Positions 41,626-52,185 of a DNA stretch of 64,000 nucleotides are shown here, in pieces. Made by a program: the position numbers and the translations under genes. Source of the DNA: Granulicella sp. (lineage in GTDB: Bacteria; Acidobacteriota; Terriglobia; Terriglobales; Acidobacteriaceae); assembly GCA_027339965.1 (NCBI GenBank), contig DAHWNL010000047.1, positions 1-64,000 of the forward strand, given 5' to 3'. The notes beneath the pieces were generated by a model, which did not search any database, was not told the origin of the DNA, and was given only the letters and a program-made list of their open reading frames with translations. Each line of letters begins with the position of its first letter. Position 1 is the stretch's first letter.

Positions 41626-42312
41626 ATGTCCAAGTGCCTTAGCTGCTCCCAAGCTGGAAAGGGTGCGTTCTGCAAGTTCGGACCTCAGTCCCGCGCGTTT
41701 CTCCAGTCAAACTCGGTCAAGACTGATTATGTACGCGGGGCGAGTCTCTTCCGCGAGGGTGATTGCAGCAACGCCATCTTTCTTGTCTGCTCGGGCAAGG
41801 TGAAGGTCTCAGCGACATCCAGAGGGGGACGTGTGATGATCCTCCGCATCGCGCAGGCCGGCGATGTGCTTGGCATGAGTGCGGCGCTGACGCAAAGCGA
41901 CTATGAGGTGACAGCGGAAGCTATGGAGCCATGCAGTGTGCTGGTACTGCCCACCAGGCACCTGATGACGATGTTGCAGAACTTTGGGGATGCGAGCCTT
42001 GCCGCAGCCAATGTTCTGGCGGAGGACTATCGGGCCGCTTTTGATGAGGCGAGACTGATCTCTCTGCCATCCTCTCCGGCCGGCCGAGTCGCCCGTCTCA
42101 TCCTGGACTGGGCTCAAGATGCGAAAAGCCGCTCGAACCCGTTCATCACAATGTCGATGACTCACGAAGATCTGGCGTCGATGACGGCGACCACCCGGGA
42201 GACCATCACCCGAACCCTGGGCCGCCTGCGCAAGGAGAAGATCATTGAAACGCATGGAGTGGTTCTTAAGGTTCTTCAGCCGCAGGCCTTGGAGAGGCTG
42301 TGTGCCTGCTGA
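41626..42312 (+). CDS. Crp/Fnr-family regulator with N-terminal Cys cluster
   Basis: MSKCLSC..AFC, a cNMP-binding-like domain, HTH TTRETITR. GGAGG RBS. Confidence 0.92.
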   Translation: MSKCLSCSQAGKGAFCKFGPQSRAFLQSNSVKTDYVRGASLFREGDCSNAIFLVCSGKVKVSATSRGGRVMILRIAQAGDVLGMSAALTQSDYEVTAEAMEPCSVLVLPTRHLMTMLQNFGDASLAAANVLAEDYRAAFDEARLISLPSSPAGRVARLILDWAQDAKSRSNPFITMSMTHEDLASMTATTRETITRTLGRLRKEKIIETHGVVLKVLQPQALERLCAC

Positions 42313-42425
42313 AGTATCGTCTGTGCCGGCTTTGGGCCGGCGCTGCGGCCCATTGAGACGGCTTTTCCACGTGAAAACGCCCATTCCAGCCTACAGCTTC
42401 AGGATGCGCCGACGCGGAAAGATCG

Positions 42426-44414
42426 TTAGCTAAAGAGAAACTCCTTGGAGCGAAGGTCCCTGATGGTGTCGCGAAGCTTCGCAGCTCTTTCAAACTCAAA
42501 CGCCTTGGCGGCTTCCCGCATATCTCCTTCGAGCTTGCTCAGGTAAGCGTCCAGATCAGACTGGCTGGCGAACTCCGTGAGAGCTTCCTCTTCCTGGGCG
42601 AGGTCTGCGTAGTCGGCTTGGAGGACGCTGGCCAGGGATTCGTCCAGAGAGCGTATCACGGTCTGCGGGGTGATGCCGTTCTCGCGGTTGTAAGCCACCT
42701 GCCGCTCTCGGCGGCGGTTGGTCTCCTCGATGGCTCTGCGCATGGAATCGGTTTGGCTGTCAGCGTAAAGAATCGCTCGGCCCTCCACATGGCGAGCGGC
42801 GCGGCCCATGGTTTGGATGAGCGATCCCTGGGAGCGCAGAAAGCCCTCTTTGTCGGCATCGAGGATGGCGACCAGAGAGACCTCGGGAAGATCCAAACCT
42901 TCGCGCAGCAGGTTAATTCCGATCAGAACGTCGTACTCTCCGTTGCGCAGTCCGCGGAGTAGACGGATGCGTTCGAGCGTCTCGATCTCCGAGTGCATGT
43001 AGCGGCAGCGAACCCCGACCTCGGTGTAGTAGTTGGCCAGGTCTTCGGCCATGCGTTTGGTCAGGGTGGTGACCAGCACGCGCTGGTTTTTGGCGGCGCG
43101 CTGGCGAATCTCCGCCAGGAGGTTGTCGATCTGGCCCTTGACCGGCCGAACCTCAACTTCGGGATCTACCAGGCCGGTGGGGCGAATGACCTGCTCCACG
43201 ACGACGCCAGAGGACTTGGTAAGCTCATAAGGCCCCGGGGTAGCCGATACATAGATCGTCTGGCCGATGCGGTCCTCAAACTCCTGGAAGCGCAAGGGAC
43301 GGTTGTCCATCGCCGAAGGCAGGCGAAATCCGTAGTCCACCAAGTTTTGCTTACGCGAGCGGTCGCCATGCCACATGCCGTGGAGTTGCGGAACAGTGAC
43401 GTGGGACTCGTCGATGAAGACCAGGAAGTCGTGAGGAAAGTAGTCGAGCAGGGTGGGAGGAGGTTCTCCGGGAAGCCGTCCTGAGAAATGGCGTGAGTAG
43501 TTTTCGATGCCATGGCAGTAACCCACCGACTTGATCATCTCCAGATCAAAGCGAGTACGCTGGTGGATGCGCTGCGACTCCACCAGGCGGCCTTCCTGTT
43601 CCAGTTGCGCCTCCCACTCCGCCAACTCGGCGAGGATGCTATCGATCGCGGTGTTCTTGCGCTCTGGTGGAACCACGTAATGGCTCTTGGGATAGATGGG
43701 CAGACGAGCATAGCGCTGCTTGACGGAGCCGAAGAGAGGATCGATCTGGGAGAGCGACTCGATCTCGTCACCGAAGAGCTCGATGCGGAAGGCGTCTTCG
43801 TCATAGGTGGGATAGATCTCGATCACATCGCCGCGAACCCGGAAGGATCCACGTTGAAAGTCAACGTCGTTGCGTTCGTACAGGATTTCGACCAGGCGCC
43901 GGGTAATATCCTGGCGTTTGATCTTCTGCCCCTTCTCCAGCAACAGCAGCATGCCATAGTAAGCCTCCGGCGAGCCGAGGCCATAGATGCAGGAGACGGA
44001 GCTGACGATGATGGTGTCGCGCCGCTCGAAGAGGCTGCGCGTGGCGGAGAGGCGCAGCTTGTCGAGCTCTTCGTTGACGGTAGATTCTTTCTCGATATAG
44101 AGGTCGCCCGAGGGTATATAGGCCTCCGGCTGATAGTAGTCATAATAGGAGACAAAGTACTCCACCGCATTGTTGGGAAAGAACTGCTTGAACTCATGGT
44201 AAAGCTGGGCCGCCAGTGTCTTGTTGTGCACCAGCACCAGGGCGGGGCGATTCATCTCCGCGATGATGCGGGCCATGGTGAAGGTCTTGCCGGATCCGGT
44301 AACGCCGAGCAGCACCTGGTCCTTTTCCCCCGCCTGAAGACCGGCGACAAGCTCCTTGATGGCGCGCGGTTGATCTCCCTGCGGCTTGTATCCAGAGACG
44401 AGCTGGAAGTCCAT
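42426..44414 (-). CDS. uvrB: Excinuclease ABC subunit B
   Basis: [28 protein letters not shown] and a C-terminal UVR domain. True start is MDFQLV. Confidence 0.98.
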   Translation of the reverse strand: MDFQLVSGYKPQGDQPRAIKELVAGLQAGEKDQVLLGVTGSGKTFTMARIIAEMNRPALVLVHNKTLAAQLYHEFKQFFPNNAVEYFVSYYDYYQPEAYIPSGDLYIEKESTVNEELDKLRLSATRSLFERRDTIIVSSVSCIYGLGSPEAYYGMLLLLEKGQKIKRQDITRRLVEILYERNDVDFQRGSFRVRGDVIEIYPTYDEDAFRIELFGDEIESLSQIDPLFGSVKQRYARLPIYPKSHYVVPPERKNTAIDSILAELAEWEAQLEQEGRLVESQRIHQRTRFDLEMIKSVGYCHGIENYSRHFSGRLPGEPPPTLLDYFPHDFLVFIDESHVTVPQLHGMWHGDRSRKQNLVDYGFRLPSAMDNRPLRFQEFEDRIGQTIYVSATPGPYELTKSSGVVVEQVIRPTGLVDPEVEVRPVKGQIDNLLAEIRQRAAKNQRVLVTTLTKRMAEDLANYYTEVGVRCRYMHSEIETLERIRLLRGLRNGEYDVLIGINLLREGLDLPEVSLVAILDADKEGFLRSQGSLIQTMGRAARHVEGRAILYADSQTDSMRRAIEETNRRRERQVAYNRENGITPQTVIRSLDESLASVLQADYADLAQEEEALTEFASQSDLDAYLSKLEGDMREAAKAFEFERAAKLRDTIRDLRSKEFLFS

Positions 44415-44492
44415 GCTCTTAGGATAGGGGATCGAGGCTCTGTAAGATAGAGAGTGGACGGATGGTGATCTTTCCTGGAGGTTCCGGAGACT

Positions 44493-45065
44493 TTGACAGA
44501 GCTTTGGTTGATGCGGCACGGAGAGACGGCTTGGAGCGCCGATGGGCGGCATACCAGCACGAGCGATATTCCGCTCACCGATCGCGGCCGCGAAAGGGCG
44601 AAGCGCCTGCCTGGCTTGCTTGCGGGTACAAAGTTTGGGGCGGTCTTCACCAGTCCTCGGCAAAGAGCCCAGGAGACCTGCCAGATTGCGGGATATGGCG
44701 AAGTGGCCGTGGTGGATTCTGACCTGCAGGAGTGGAACTATGGCGAGGCTGAGGGCAAGACGACACAGGAGATGCGAGCGCTCCATGGTCCGCAATGGAG
44801 CGTATGGAGCAGTCCACTGCTGAACGGAGAGACCCTGGAGCATGTTGGAGAGCGGGCCGATGCCGTGATTGCGCGATCGCTGGTTGCTGTGCCTGGCCAG
44901 GCAGCGGTGGCCTTGTTTGCGCATGCGCACTTCCTCCGGATCCTTACGGCACGCTGGATCGGCCTTTCCCCCTCGGTCGGCGCGCTGCTGGCCTTGGACA
45001 CGGGAAGCGTCAGCGTGCTCGGCTTTGAGCGCGAGACTAGGGTGATTCGGAGATGGAATCTGTAA
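44493..45065 (+). CDS. Histidine phosphatase family protein
   Basis: RHGET, EWNYG and AHAH. Confidence 0.9.
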   Translation: MTELWLMRHGETAWSADGRHTSTSDIPLTDRGRERAKRLPGLLAGTKFGAVFTSPRQRAQETCQIAGYGEVAVVDSDLQEWNYGEAEGKTTQEMRALHGPQWSVWSSPLLNGETLEHVGERADAVIARSLVAVPGQAAVALFAHAHFLRILTARWIGLSPSVGALLALDTGSVSVLGFERETRVIRRWNL

Positions 45066-45143
45066 TCTCCAGATTGCTTCAGCGTGGACGTCGACAGCAT
45101 TGCGTGACTGCGAATCAGGTGAGATTGGAGGGACCGGAACGAG

Positions 45144-45977
45144 ATGCGGGTAGGAGGCCAGCCTGGAGGTGAGGAAAGGGACGCGATCGTAGACTTGCAA
45201 CACGTCTTTGTGGCTCGCGGCGAGAGGGTTGTGCTGCATGACGTTTCCCTTCGCATTGAGGCGGGTGAGCATCTGGCGATTCTGGGGCCGAATGGATGCG
45301 GCAAATCCACACTGCTGAAGACGATCACCTGCGAGGTCTATCCGCTGGTGAATCCGGCGACTCAGGTTCGCATCATGGGCAGAGAGCGCTGGGATCTGAC
45401 ACAACTGAAGCGCCGTATGGGAGTGGTGGCATCCGACATCCCAGGAGGAAGTACTCTGGCCATTACCGGGAGGGAGGCAGTGTTGACCGGTTTCTTCTCG
45501 AGTTCGAGAATATGGCCGAATTTGACCGTAACTGCGGAGATGCAGGAGCGTGCGGAAGAGATTCTCCAGTTGGTGCATGCTGAAGATCTGGCAGCGGTCC
45601 CGGTGGGAGAGATGTCAGCCGGGCAGCAGCGGCGAGTGATGATTGGGCGTGCCATGGCAGGAACTTCTCTGGATGCGCAACAGGGCAGTGTTCAGATGCT
45701 ATTGCTCGATGAGCCCTCGAATGCATTGGACTTGGCTGCGCAACAGGATTTGCGCGAGATGCTGCGCGAACTGGCGCAGAAGGGAACCGCTATTTTGTTG
45801 ATTACGCACCATATTGCCGACATCCTGCCGGAGATGGATCGCATCGTGATGATGCGCGAAGGACGGATTGTGGCCGACGGGCTTAAGAAGGTGTTGCTGA
45901 CAGAGATGCATCTCGAGAGGCTGTTCGGACGGGAGATTGTTTTGACGGAGCGAAGCGGCTACTGGAACGCGTGGTAG
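45144..45977 (+). CDS. ABC ATP-binding protein (ModF-like, stand-alone)
   Basis: [19 protein letters not shown] and ITHH. Confidence 0.9.
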   Translation: MRVGGQPGGEERDAIVDLQHVFVARGERVVLHDVSLRIEAGEHLAILGPNGCGKSTLLKTITCEVYPLVNPATQVRIMGRERWDLTQLKRRMGVVASDIPGGSTLAITGREAVLTGFFSSSRIWPNLTVTAEMQERAEEILQLVHAEDLAAVPVGEMSAGQQRRVMIGRAMAGTSLDAQQGSVQMLLLDEPSNALDLAAQQDLREMLRELAQKGTAILLITHHIADILPEMDRIVMMREGRIVADGLKKVLLTEMHLERLFGREIVLTERSGYWNAW

Positions 45978-46321
45978 GGCCTCGTCCAGCCAAGGAAGAA
46001 GAGTCTGGCGCAGAGGGCTTTGGCCGCGCCGCACCAGCCAGCCTGACAGGAGAGGCCGGACCGCTTTGCGGAGGGACACATCCGGGTCGGATGGGCCTGA
46101 GGTTGTGCTCTTCGGAGCGAATGAAACTCGGAGCGAACCAAACTGGGAGAGGCTGTACCGGCCATCTTCTCCAGCAAATCTTCTCCAGCTCGGCTATGGC
46201 CGGACTCCTCTTGTGCCCTGCAAGGCTCCATCCTTTTCAACGCCGGCGTGGATTCCAGCTTCGCTCTTGGATGACGGGTGAGGCAGGACGGAGACGCCCC
46301 TGCCCGCTCTATGGCTTCGCT

Positions 46322-46921
46322 CTATCCTCCCGCAGGCGGCGCCAGCGGAATCAGGTGCTGTTCCGCCACTTGCAGTCTCTCCGTCTGCCCTGGCTGCACC
46401 ACGAGTTTGAAGGTGGCGATTTTGCCTTCCATCGCAGTGGGTTGCGGAACGGAGTCTACGGTCCATCCATCCGGCACGCTGTGTTCTACGACAAAGACGA
46501 CCGGTTGCGCAAATGGATTTTGCAGCAAGTACTGCTGCTGCTGCACTACGACCACGCTACGCTGGATGGTCCCGTTCACCAGCGTACTCTGAACGTGGTT
46601 TGAAGTAAGTTTACTCTCCAGATGGCAGACCACGGGATCCACCTCTTCTCCGCTGGGCAACGTCTGTCCTCCGGGCACGCTGATTCCCTGGACCCCATCT
46701 AGATTGTCCCGAAGAATGAGGCAATCCTGATTCACATGGACCTCTGGCACAGAAGCCGCGGTCCCGCCCGGCGCCTCGGGAGTCTCGCCAACCGCCGATG
46801 GGGCCATCGCTACCGCCGGCGGGGCCGGCGCAGGAGCCGACCGGTGAGAGCATCCCGTCCAGCCCGCGGCCCCTAAAGCCACCAGGCTCGCCCATTGACT
46901 CACGCTCGATCGTACCTTCAT
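46322..46921 (-). CDS. Putative lipoprotein with DUF4139-C-terminal-like beta domain
   Basis: Signal peptide ending WTG-C, Pro/Ala linker, YLLQNPFAQPVVFVVEHSVPDGW. Confidence 0.6.
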   Translation of the reverse strand: MKVRSSVSQWASLVALGAAGWTGCSHRSAPAPAPPAVAMAPSAVGETPEAPGGTAASVPEVHVNQDCLILRDNLDGVQGISVPGGQTLPSGEEVDPVVCHLESKLTSNHVQSTLVNGTIQRSVVVVQQQQYLLQNPFAQPVVFVVEHSVPDGWTVDSVPQPTAMEGKIATFKLVVQPGQTERLQVAEQHLIPLAPPAGG

Positions 46922-47387
46922 GCGCAACATCTTGTCTCTCCGCCTCATCTCGCTTGCGCCAGTGGACAGGCCCCGGAACGCGCGACAAAACTCCACTTTA
47001 CTTGTGGAAATACAGGCAATCAATGTTTTGGATGTAACAGATGCTTCTTCTGTTGGTTCAGCGAGCACTTTTCCCTTTGCCCAGGTTTGAGTACTCTTGG
47101 GCCATGCGGTTTTCTCCGGAGGCGGCTTGGAATACGTCCTGTTCCGAACCGGAGTTGCTTTGAGTTGCTTGAAGGCGGCCCGGAAGCAACCAATCGGGCG
47201 CTTCAAGTTGAGAACAGGCAGACGAACATCCGCCATGGGCGGGCAACTTTTCTGCCCAAAGATTGTTCTTCCATCGATTTCTTGACCTCCCGGCGCAGAA
47301 GGTCAAAAACTTCTTCTTTGGCGAGGGTGCCTGTGGATGTCAAGAGCAGCATTGCAAACGTTACCGACAGAAAGATGTCTCGAACCT

Positions 47388-48524
47388 ATGGAACACGCTG
47401 AAAGCTCGTCCTTACCGTGCGCGGGCCTTGAGATTCGTCCCTGGCAGGGGACACGCTGGGATCTCCTCTCGCTGGGTGAGGTGATGCTCCGCTTCGATCC
47501 AGGCGAAGGCCGGATCGTCAATGCGCGGAGCTTCCAAGTCTGGGAGGGCGGAGGTGAATATAACGTCGCCCGCGGCCTGCGCCGCTGCTTTGGCCAGCGT
47601 ACGGCGATTGCGACTGCCCTGGTGGATAACCCGGTCGGCCGCCTGGTGGAGGATCTGATTCTGCAGGGGGGCGTGGATGCCTCGCAGGTCCGCTGGGTAG
47701 CGTTTGATGGCGTTGGGCGGGAGACACGCAACGGCATCTATTTTCTGGAGCGCGGCTTTGGCGTTCGTCCCGGCTTGGGCATGATGGACCGTGGACACAC
47801 GGCGATTGCCCAACTTCGTCCCGGCGAGATCGACTGGAAGAGGATCTTTGGGAGCGAAGGCGTACGGTGGTTTCATACTGGCGGCATCATGGCCGCGCTG
47901 AGCGAAGACGCCACAGAGGTGGTCCGCGAAGCCATGGCGGCGGCCAGGCAGTACGGCGTCGTGATCAGCTTTGATGCCAATTACCGGCCCTCTCTATGGA
48001 AGGCTCGCGGCGGACGCCAGCGTTCGGTGGATGTGAGCCGCTCGTTGTTGCCCATGGTGGACGTCTTCTTTGGTCACGAAGGGGATGTTGCCGCAGAGTT
48101 GGGTGAGGCGTCCAGCCGCCCGGCCTGGCATCAGATCGAAAGCTTTCGTTCGATGGCCGAGCGCGTTCATCGCGAGTTTGCCAACCTGAAGGTGATTGCC
48201 ACTACCATCCGACGGGTGCATAGCACCAATCACAATGGCTGGGGCGGTTTCGCGTACTTCTGCGGTTCCGCGACGGAGAAGGGAGAGGCCTATGCCGGTC
48301 TGCATTTTGATGATCTTGAGATCCTGGATCGAGTGGGTGGCGGCGACTCCTTTGCCGCAGGTTTGATCTATGGACTGCTGGAGGGCAGGGGCCTGGCCTG
48401 GGCGTTGAACTGCGGCGTTGCCCATGGCGCGCTGACTATGACCACCCCAGGGGATACCTCCATGGTCACTCTCCCCGAGGTGGAACGTCTGATGGCCGGC
48501 GCGGCCTGTGGAACGCTGCGTTGA
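47388..48524 (+). CDS. kdgK: PfkB sugar kinase, 2-keto-3-deoxygluconate kinase-like
   Basis: SLGEVMLRFDP, GGGEYNVA, FDANYRPSLW, DRVGGGDSFAAG. Confidence 0.85.
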   Translation: MEHAESSSLPCAGLEIRPWQGTRWDLLSLGEVMLRFDPGEGRIVNARSFQVWEGGGEYNVARGLRRCFGQRTAIATALVDNPVGRLVEDLILQGGVDASQVRWVAFDGVGRETRNGIYFLERGFGVRPGLGMMDRGHTAIAQLRPGEIDWKRIFGSEGVRWFHTGGIMAALSEDATEVVREAMAAARQYGVVISFDANYRPSLWKARGGRQRSVDVSRSLLPMVDVFFGHEGDVAAELGEASSRPAWHQIESFRSMAERVHREFANLKVIATTIRRVHSTNHNGWGGFAYFCGSATEKGEAYAGLHFDDLEILDRVGGGDSFAAGLIYGLLEGRGLAWALNCGVAHGALTMTTPGDTSMVTLPEVERLMAGAACGTLR

Positions 48525-48810
48525 TCAAGGTGCGGGGTGTTCAGGGTGCTCCGCCGAAAGACATGGCGCTTCGGAGTGCCTTGCGGTGAAGCTTGCTTGT
48601 ATACTCAAGCCGAGAAGAAGGGTCATTCTGGGTCGGGCGCTGCGCCTCTCGCGACCGCAGACATAAGCTGTTTTACGCCTCTTAAAATTTTCCGTGCAGG
48701 TGTATCCCGATGCTTCGACTTTTCCCGGCATTGTCCACAATGAAGACGCCACGGCAAGTCCGCTTGGGGAGAACCGTCCACACGGAAAGAGCAATAGCGC
48801 AGGGTTGTGC

Positions 48811-49875
48811 ATGAGATCCACCCCCCGCAACGACGATCCGGCGGCTCAGCCGCGACGCAAGCGAACCAGCTTGAAGGATCTGGCTGCCTACCTAGGCGTC
48901 TCTCAGACCACGATATCGTTTGTCTTAAATGATGCTCCTCTGGCCAAGAATCTCACGGAGGAGACGCGGCGCCGCGTTGTGGAAGCAGCGCGCAAATTCA
49001 ACTATCGGCCCAGCTACTTTGCCGTCAATCTGCACAAGACGAGCAGCGACTCCGTGGGCATCCTTTTGCCGGAACACAGCGAAGGCTACAACACGGTGGT
49101 GATGGAGGGGGTTGAGAGCTTCCTTCTGAAGCAGCATTATCTTTACTTCACCGCCTGCCACTATCACAAGCCAAACCTCGTGGTGGAGTACGCGGAGCTT
49201 TTGCTCAACCGCGGCGCAGAGGGAATTTTGGTATTGAACTCCAACGCGGACTTTGATACCCCGCTACCGGTGGTGACGATCTCCGGCCATTTGGAGAAGC
49301 CTGGCGTAACGAATGTGGTCCTGGATCATCGGGCCGCGGCCCGCCTCGCTGTCCGCCATCTTTACGTTCTGGGTCACCGCAAGATCGCTTTCATGAAGGG
49401 CCCTCACTCCATTGGCGACTCGGCGTTTCGCTGGGAGGCGATGATGCAGGTGGCCCGTGAGTTCGGCGTCCAGCCCACGCCGGAGCGCATCGTCCCACTT
49501 ACTGAGCGAGGCTGGACGCCCCATATCGGCTATGGACCGACGCAGCGCCTGCTCAACGCCACGCGGGATTTTACCGCTCTGGTTGCTTTTAATGACATTG
49601 CTGCCATCGGGGCCATCCGGGTGCTTCACGAGTACGGGATTGCGGTGCCTCGGGATCTTTCGGTGATCGGTTTTGACGACATTATCTCGGCCCCCTTCCA
49701 GGTGCCGAGCCTCACTACCATCCGCCAGCCCCTCCAACACATGGGCAAGCTGGCTGCAAGTATTCTGCTGGAACGTATCAACGATCCGGCAGCCGAGTAT
49801 GCCCTTACCGTTCTGGCCAAGCCGACTCTGATCGTTCGGGAATCCACGACCCAGGCCAGCGGCGGACAGCCATAG
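48811..49875 (+). CDS. LacI-family transcriptional regulator
   Basis: SLKDLAAYLGVSQTTISFVLN, SVIGFDD, PSLTTIRQP, LIVREST. Confidence 0.94.
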   Translation: MRSTPRNDDPAAQPRRKRTSLKDLAAYLGVSQTTISFVLNDAPLAKNLTEETRRRVVEAARKFNYRPSYFAVNLHKTSSDSVGILLPEHSEGYNTVVMEGVESFLLKQHYLYFTACHYHKPNLVVEYAELLLNRGAEGILVLNSNADFDTPLPVVTISGHLEKPGVTNVVLDHRAAARLAVRHLYVLGHRKIAFMKGPHSIGDSAFRWEAMMQVAREFGVQPTPERIVPLTERGWTPHIGYGPTQRLLNATRDFTALVAFNDIAAIGAIRVLHEYGIAVPRDLSVIGFDDIISAPFQVPSLTTIRQPLQHMGKLAASILLERINDPAAEYALTVLAKPTLIVRESTTQASGGQP

Positions 49876-50021
49876 GAGTTGGTTGAGGAACGCATGGAAG
49901 CAGCGAGCGGGACGCCGCAAGGGGCGAAGCCGCCCGTTGCGGCGCGGCCTGGATTTGAATCGCCTGTTGTCCGGGACTCTATCTCTCAGCGAACTCCGGC
50001 GTGGCCAGCACTTCATTCACT

Positions 50022-51995
50022 TCACGGAGCCATGGACGAGGTTTCCTTTCCTTTCGCCAAGGGCAGCGTGATGTAGGTTTGCTGCCCTGGAGCGCAATAG
50101 ATGCGTTGCGTGGCCTCCTTATAGGCCGAAGCCGGCGCGTTGAAGATGTTGGGAACAAACGTTTGCGGATTGCGGTCGTAGAGAGGGAACCAGGTGGACT
50201 GAATCTGCACCATCATTCGGTGACCAGGAAGGAACACATGATAAACCGCAGGCAGGAAGAAGCTGTAGAGCAGCGGTTTGTTGGGGGTGAGAGGTGACGG
50301 ATGGGACAGGTCCTCACGATAGCGTCCACGGAAGATGTCCATGGAGACTGCCAGCTGGTAGCCGCTCATCTCCGGTTCATCTGTGTCCTGCTGCGGGTAG
50401 ACATCGATCACCTTGACGACCCAGTCGGAGTCAGTGCCACTGGTGGAGGCTACCAGATGAACCTGAGGGCGTCCGCTTACCGTTATTGGTTTGGTAAGAA
50501 CAGGTGTCTCGTAGGTTTCGACGTCCGGACGAGCCGAGGCCGGGCGCTGGTCGCCGACCAGCCATTCGGGCCAGGTAGCGGTCTCAGCGGGCGGTACAGG
50601 ACGCGGGCGGTAGGGCACGGGCGTGGCCGGATTGGAAACATACTGGTCATACGCTTGGCCGCCGGAGGTTTGTGGCGGTTCGAAGCTCAGTCCGTGGTTG
50701 GCAGAGAGATACAGCGGCTTTCGGTCGAAGCGGCAGCCGCCATTGCAGGAGGGCCACTTGGATAGCTGCTCCCACTGGTTGGGGCCAGTCAGGAAGGCGT
50801 TGACATGCGCCAGATGCGCATCGGGTCCATTCTCCTGGAGATGCTGCGCGAGAAAGGGCAGCAAGATGTGATGGACGAAGTAAGCTGATGTATCCGACCC
50901 AAAGTTGATGGCCCCCAGGTGTGTGCCCTGGGTGGCCTCCTGGCCGTGAAACCACGGACCGAGGGCTAGAAAGAGATTGGCGCGGTTGGCGGGCTCCGCA
51001 TACAGCGCGCGGTAGACGGCCAGCGCTCCATAGATGTCTTCCTGGTCCCATTCGCCGGCCACCAGCAGCGTCGGCACGGTCAGTGGCTCTTTGGCCAGGA
51101 TCTTGTCCACCGCCTGATCCTGCCAGAACGCATCGTAGGAGGGGTGGGCGACCAGCTTGTTCCAGAATCCGAGCTGTTGCATGCCGTGCTGGTCTGCGAT
51201 CGCGCTTGCATTGCCGGCATCAAGATACATGTTGTAGTCGTCACTGTAGTTGGTCCACCACTTCTGGGTGCCTTTGCGGGTTGCCTCCTGCGAGTAAATG
51301 TAGGGGATCATCTGTTCACGGAAGGCGCCGTTGTGAAACCAGTCGTCTCCGATCCAGCCATCCACCATGGGATTCTCAGGAACTGCGGCCTTGAGGGCGG
51401 GGTTGGGATGAACCAGCCCCATGAGGGCCTCAAAACCGTCGTAAGAGATCCCCATGACGGCGACCCTCCCATTGCTCTGGGGAAGGTTTTTGACCAGCCA
51501 GCCGATGGTGTCAGAGGCGTCCGTGGCATCCGACACCGGGGTTGGGTTCAGCGGACCGCGTACATAGCGGTTCATGATGTAGTCTCCCTGGGACCCGTAC
51601 TTGCCACGCACATCTTGAAATACGTGGATATATCCGGCCTTAAGCGCCCAGTCCCGAGCTTCGCGCTCGCGCGTGCTGAAACGGTCAGCATCATAGGGGG
51701 TGCGCTCCAGAATGATTCCGGCGTGCTGAGTAGACTTCGGGATGACGATCACGGTGTTCAGCTTGGTTCCGTCGCGCATGGGAATCTGCACCACGGTGCG
51801 GGTGTAGCTCAGATCCTTGGTTGCCGGTATGAAATGCTGCGGAATTTCGGTGGGTAGAGCGGGATACTGCGATTGGGCTTGTGGCGCAGCCGGCTGCTGC
51901 GCCGTGGCGCACCTCGATCCGGACAGAAGCAACAACGCTAAGGCGAGCAGCAGCGGGGCCGCAGGAGGGGCGAGGATACGAATTCGCGTCGGCAT
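50022..51995 (-). CDS. CocE/NonD hydrolase (alpha-amino acid ester hydrolase type), secreted
   Basis: Signal peptide, IPMRDG, RTPY, QDVRG, GISYDG and DWFHNGAFR. Confidence 0.92.
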   Translation of the reverse strand: MPTRIRILAPPAAPLLLALALLLLSGSRCATAQQPAAPQAQSQYPALPTEIPQHFIPATKDLSYTRTVVQIPMRDGTKLNTVIVIPKSTQHAGIILERTPYDADRFSTREREARDWALKAGYIHVFQDVRGKYGSQGDYIMNRYVRGPLNPTPVSDATDASDTIGWLVKNLPQSNGRVAVMGISYDGFEALMGLVHPNPALKAAVPENPMVDGWIGDDWFHNGAFREQMIPYIYSQEATRKGTQKWWTNYSDDYNMYLDAGNASAIADQHGMQQLGFWNKLVAHPSYDAFWQDQAVDKILAKEPLTVPTLLVAGEWDQEDIYGALAVYRALYAEPANRANLFLALGPWFHGQEATQGTHLGAINFGSDTSAYFVHHILLPFLAQHLQENGPDAHLAHVNAFLTGPNQWEQLSKWPSCNGGCRFDRKPLYLSANHGLSFEPPQTSGGQAYDQYVSNPATPVPYRPRPVPPAETATWPEWLVGDQRPASARPDVETYETPVLTKPITVSGRPQVHLVASTSGTDSDWVVKVIDVYPQQDTDEPEMSGYQLAVSMDIFRGRYREDLSHPSPLTPNKPLLYSFFLPAVYHVFLPGHRMMVQIQSTWFPLYDRNPQTFVPNIFNAPASAYKEATQRIYCAPGQQTYITLPLAKGKETSSMAP

Positions 51996-52185
51996 GCCTG
52001 AAAGGATACAACCAAAAAATGCCCTCGGCGCTCGCGTCGGCAGACCTTTCTCTTGCGAGCCGATGGTCAAGGGCGCGACAGAGAGGTGGTTGCGAATGCT
52101 TACCGCTGTCAACCTGATGCCGCAGGATGCCGGCTGGCGCCTCCGTGCTCTGCCCGGTGGCCGAGAAGTGCTCTAGACTAAAGAG

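Noticed and set aside
44415..45578. 1050-aa ORF suggesting an N-terminally extended UvrB
   Set aside because: The extension is the antisense shadow of the histidine phosphatase and ABC genes. UvrB homology and a -10 box start at 44414.
47353..47365. LacI-type operator TGCAAACGTTACC before kdgK
   Set aside because: Single degenerate instance with no second copy found to support it.
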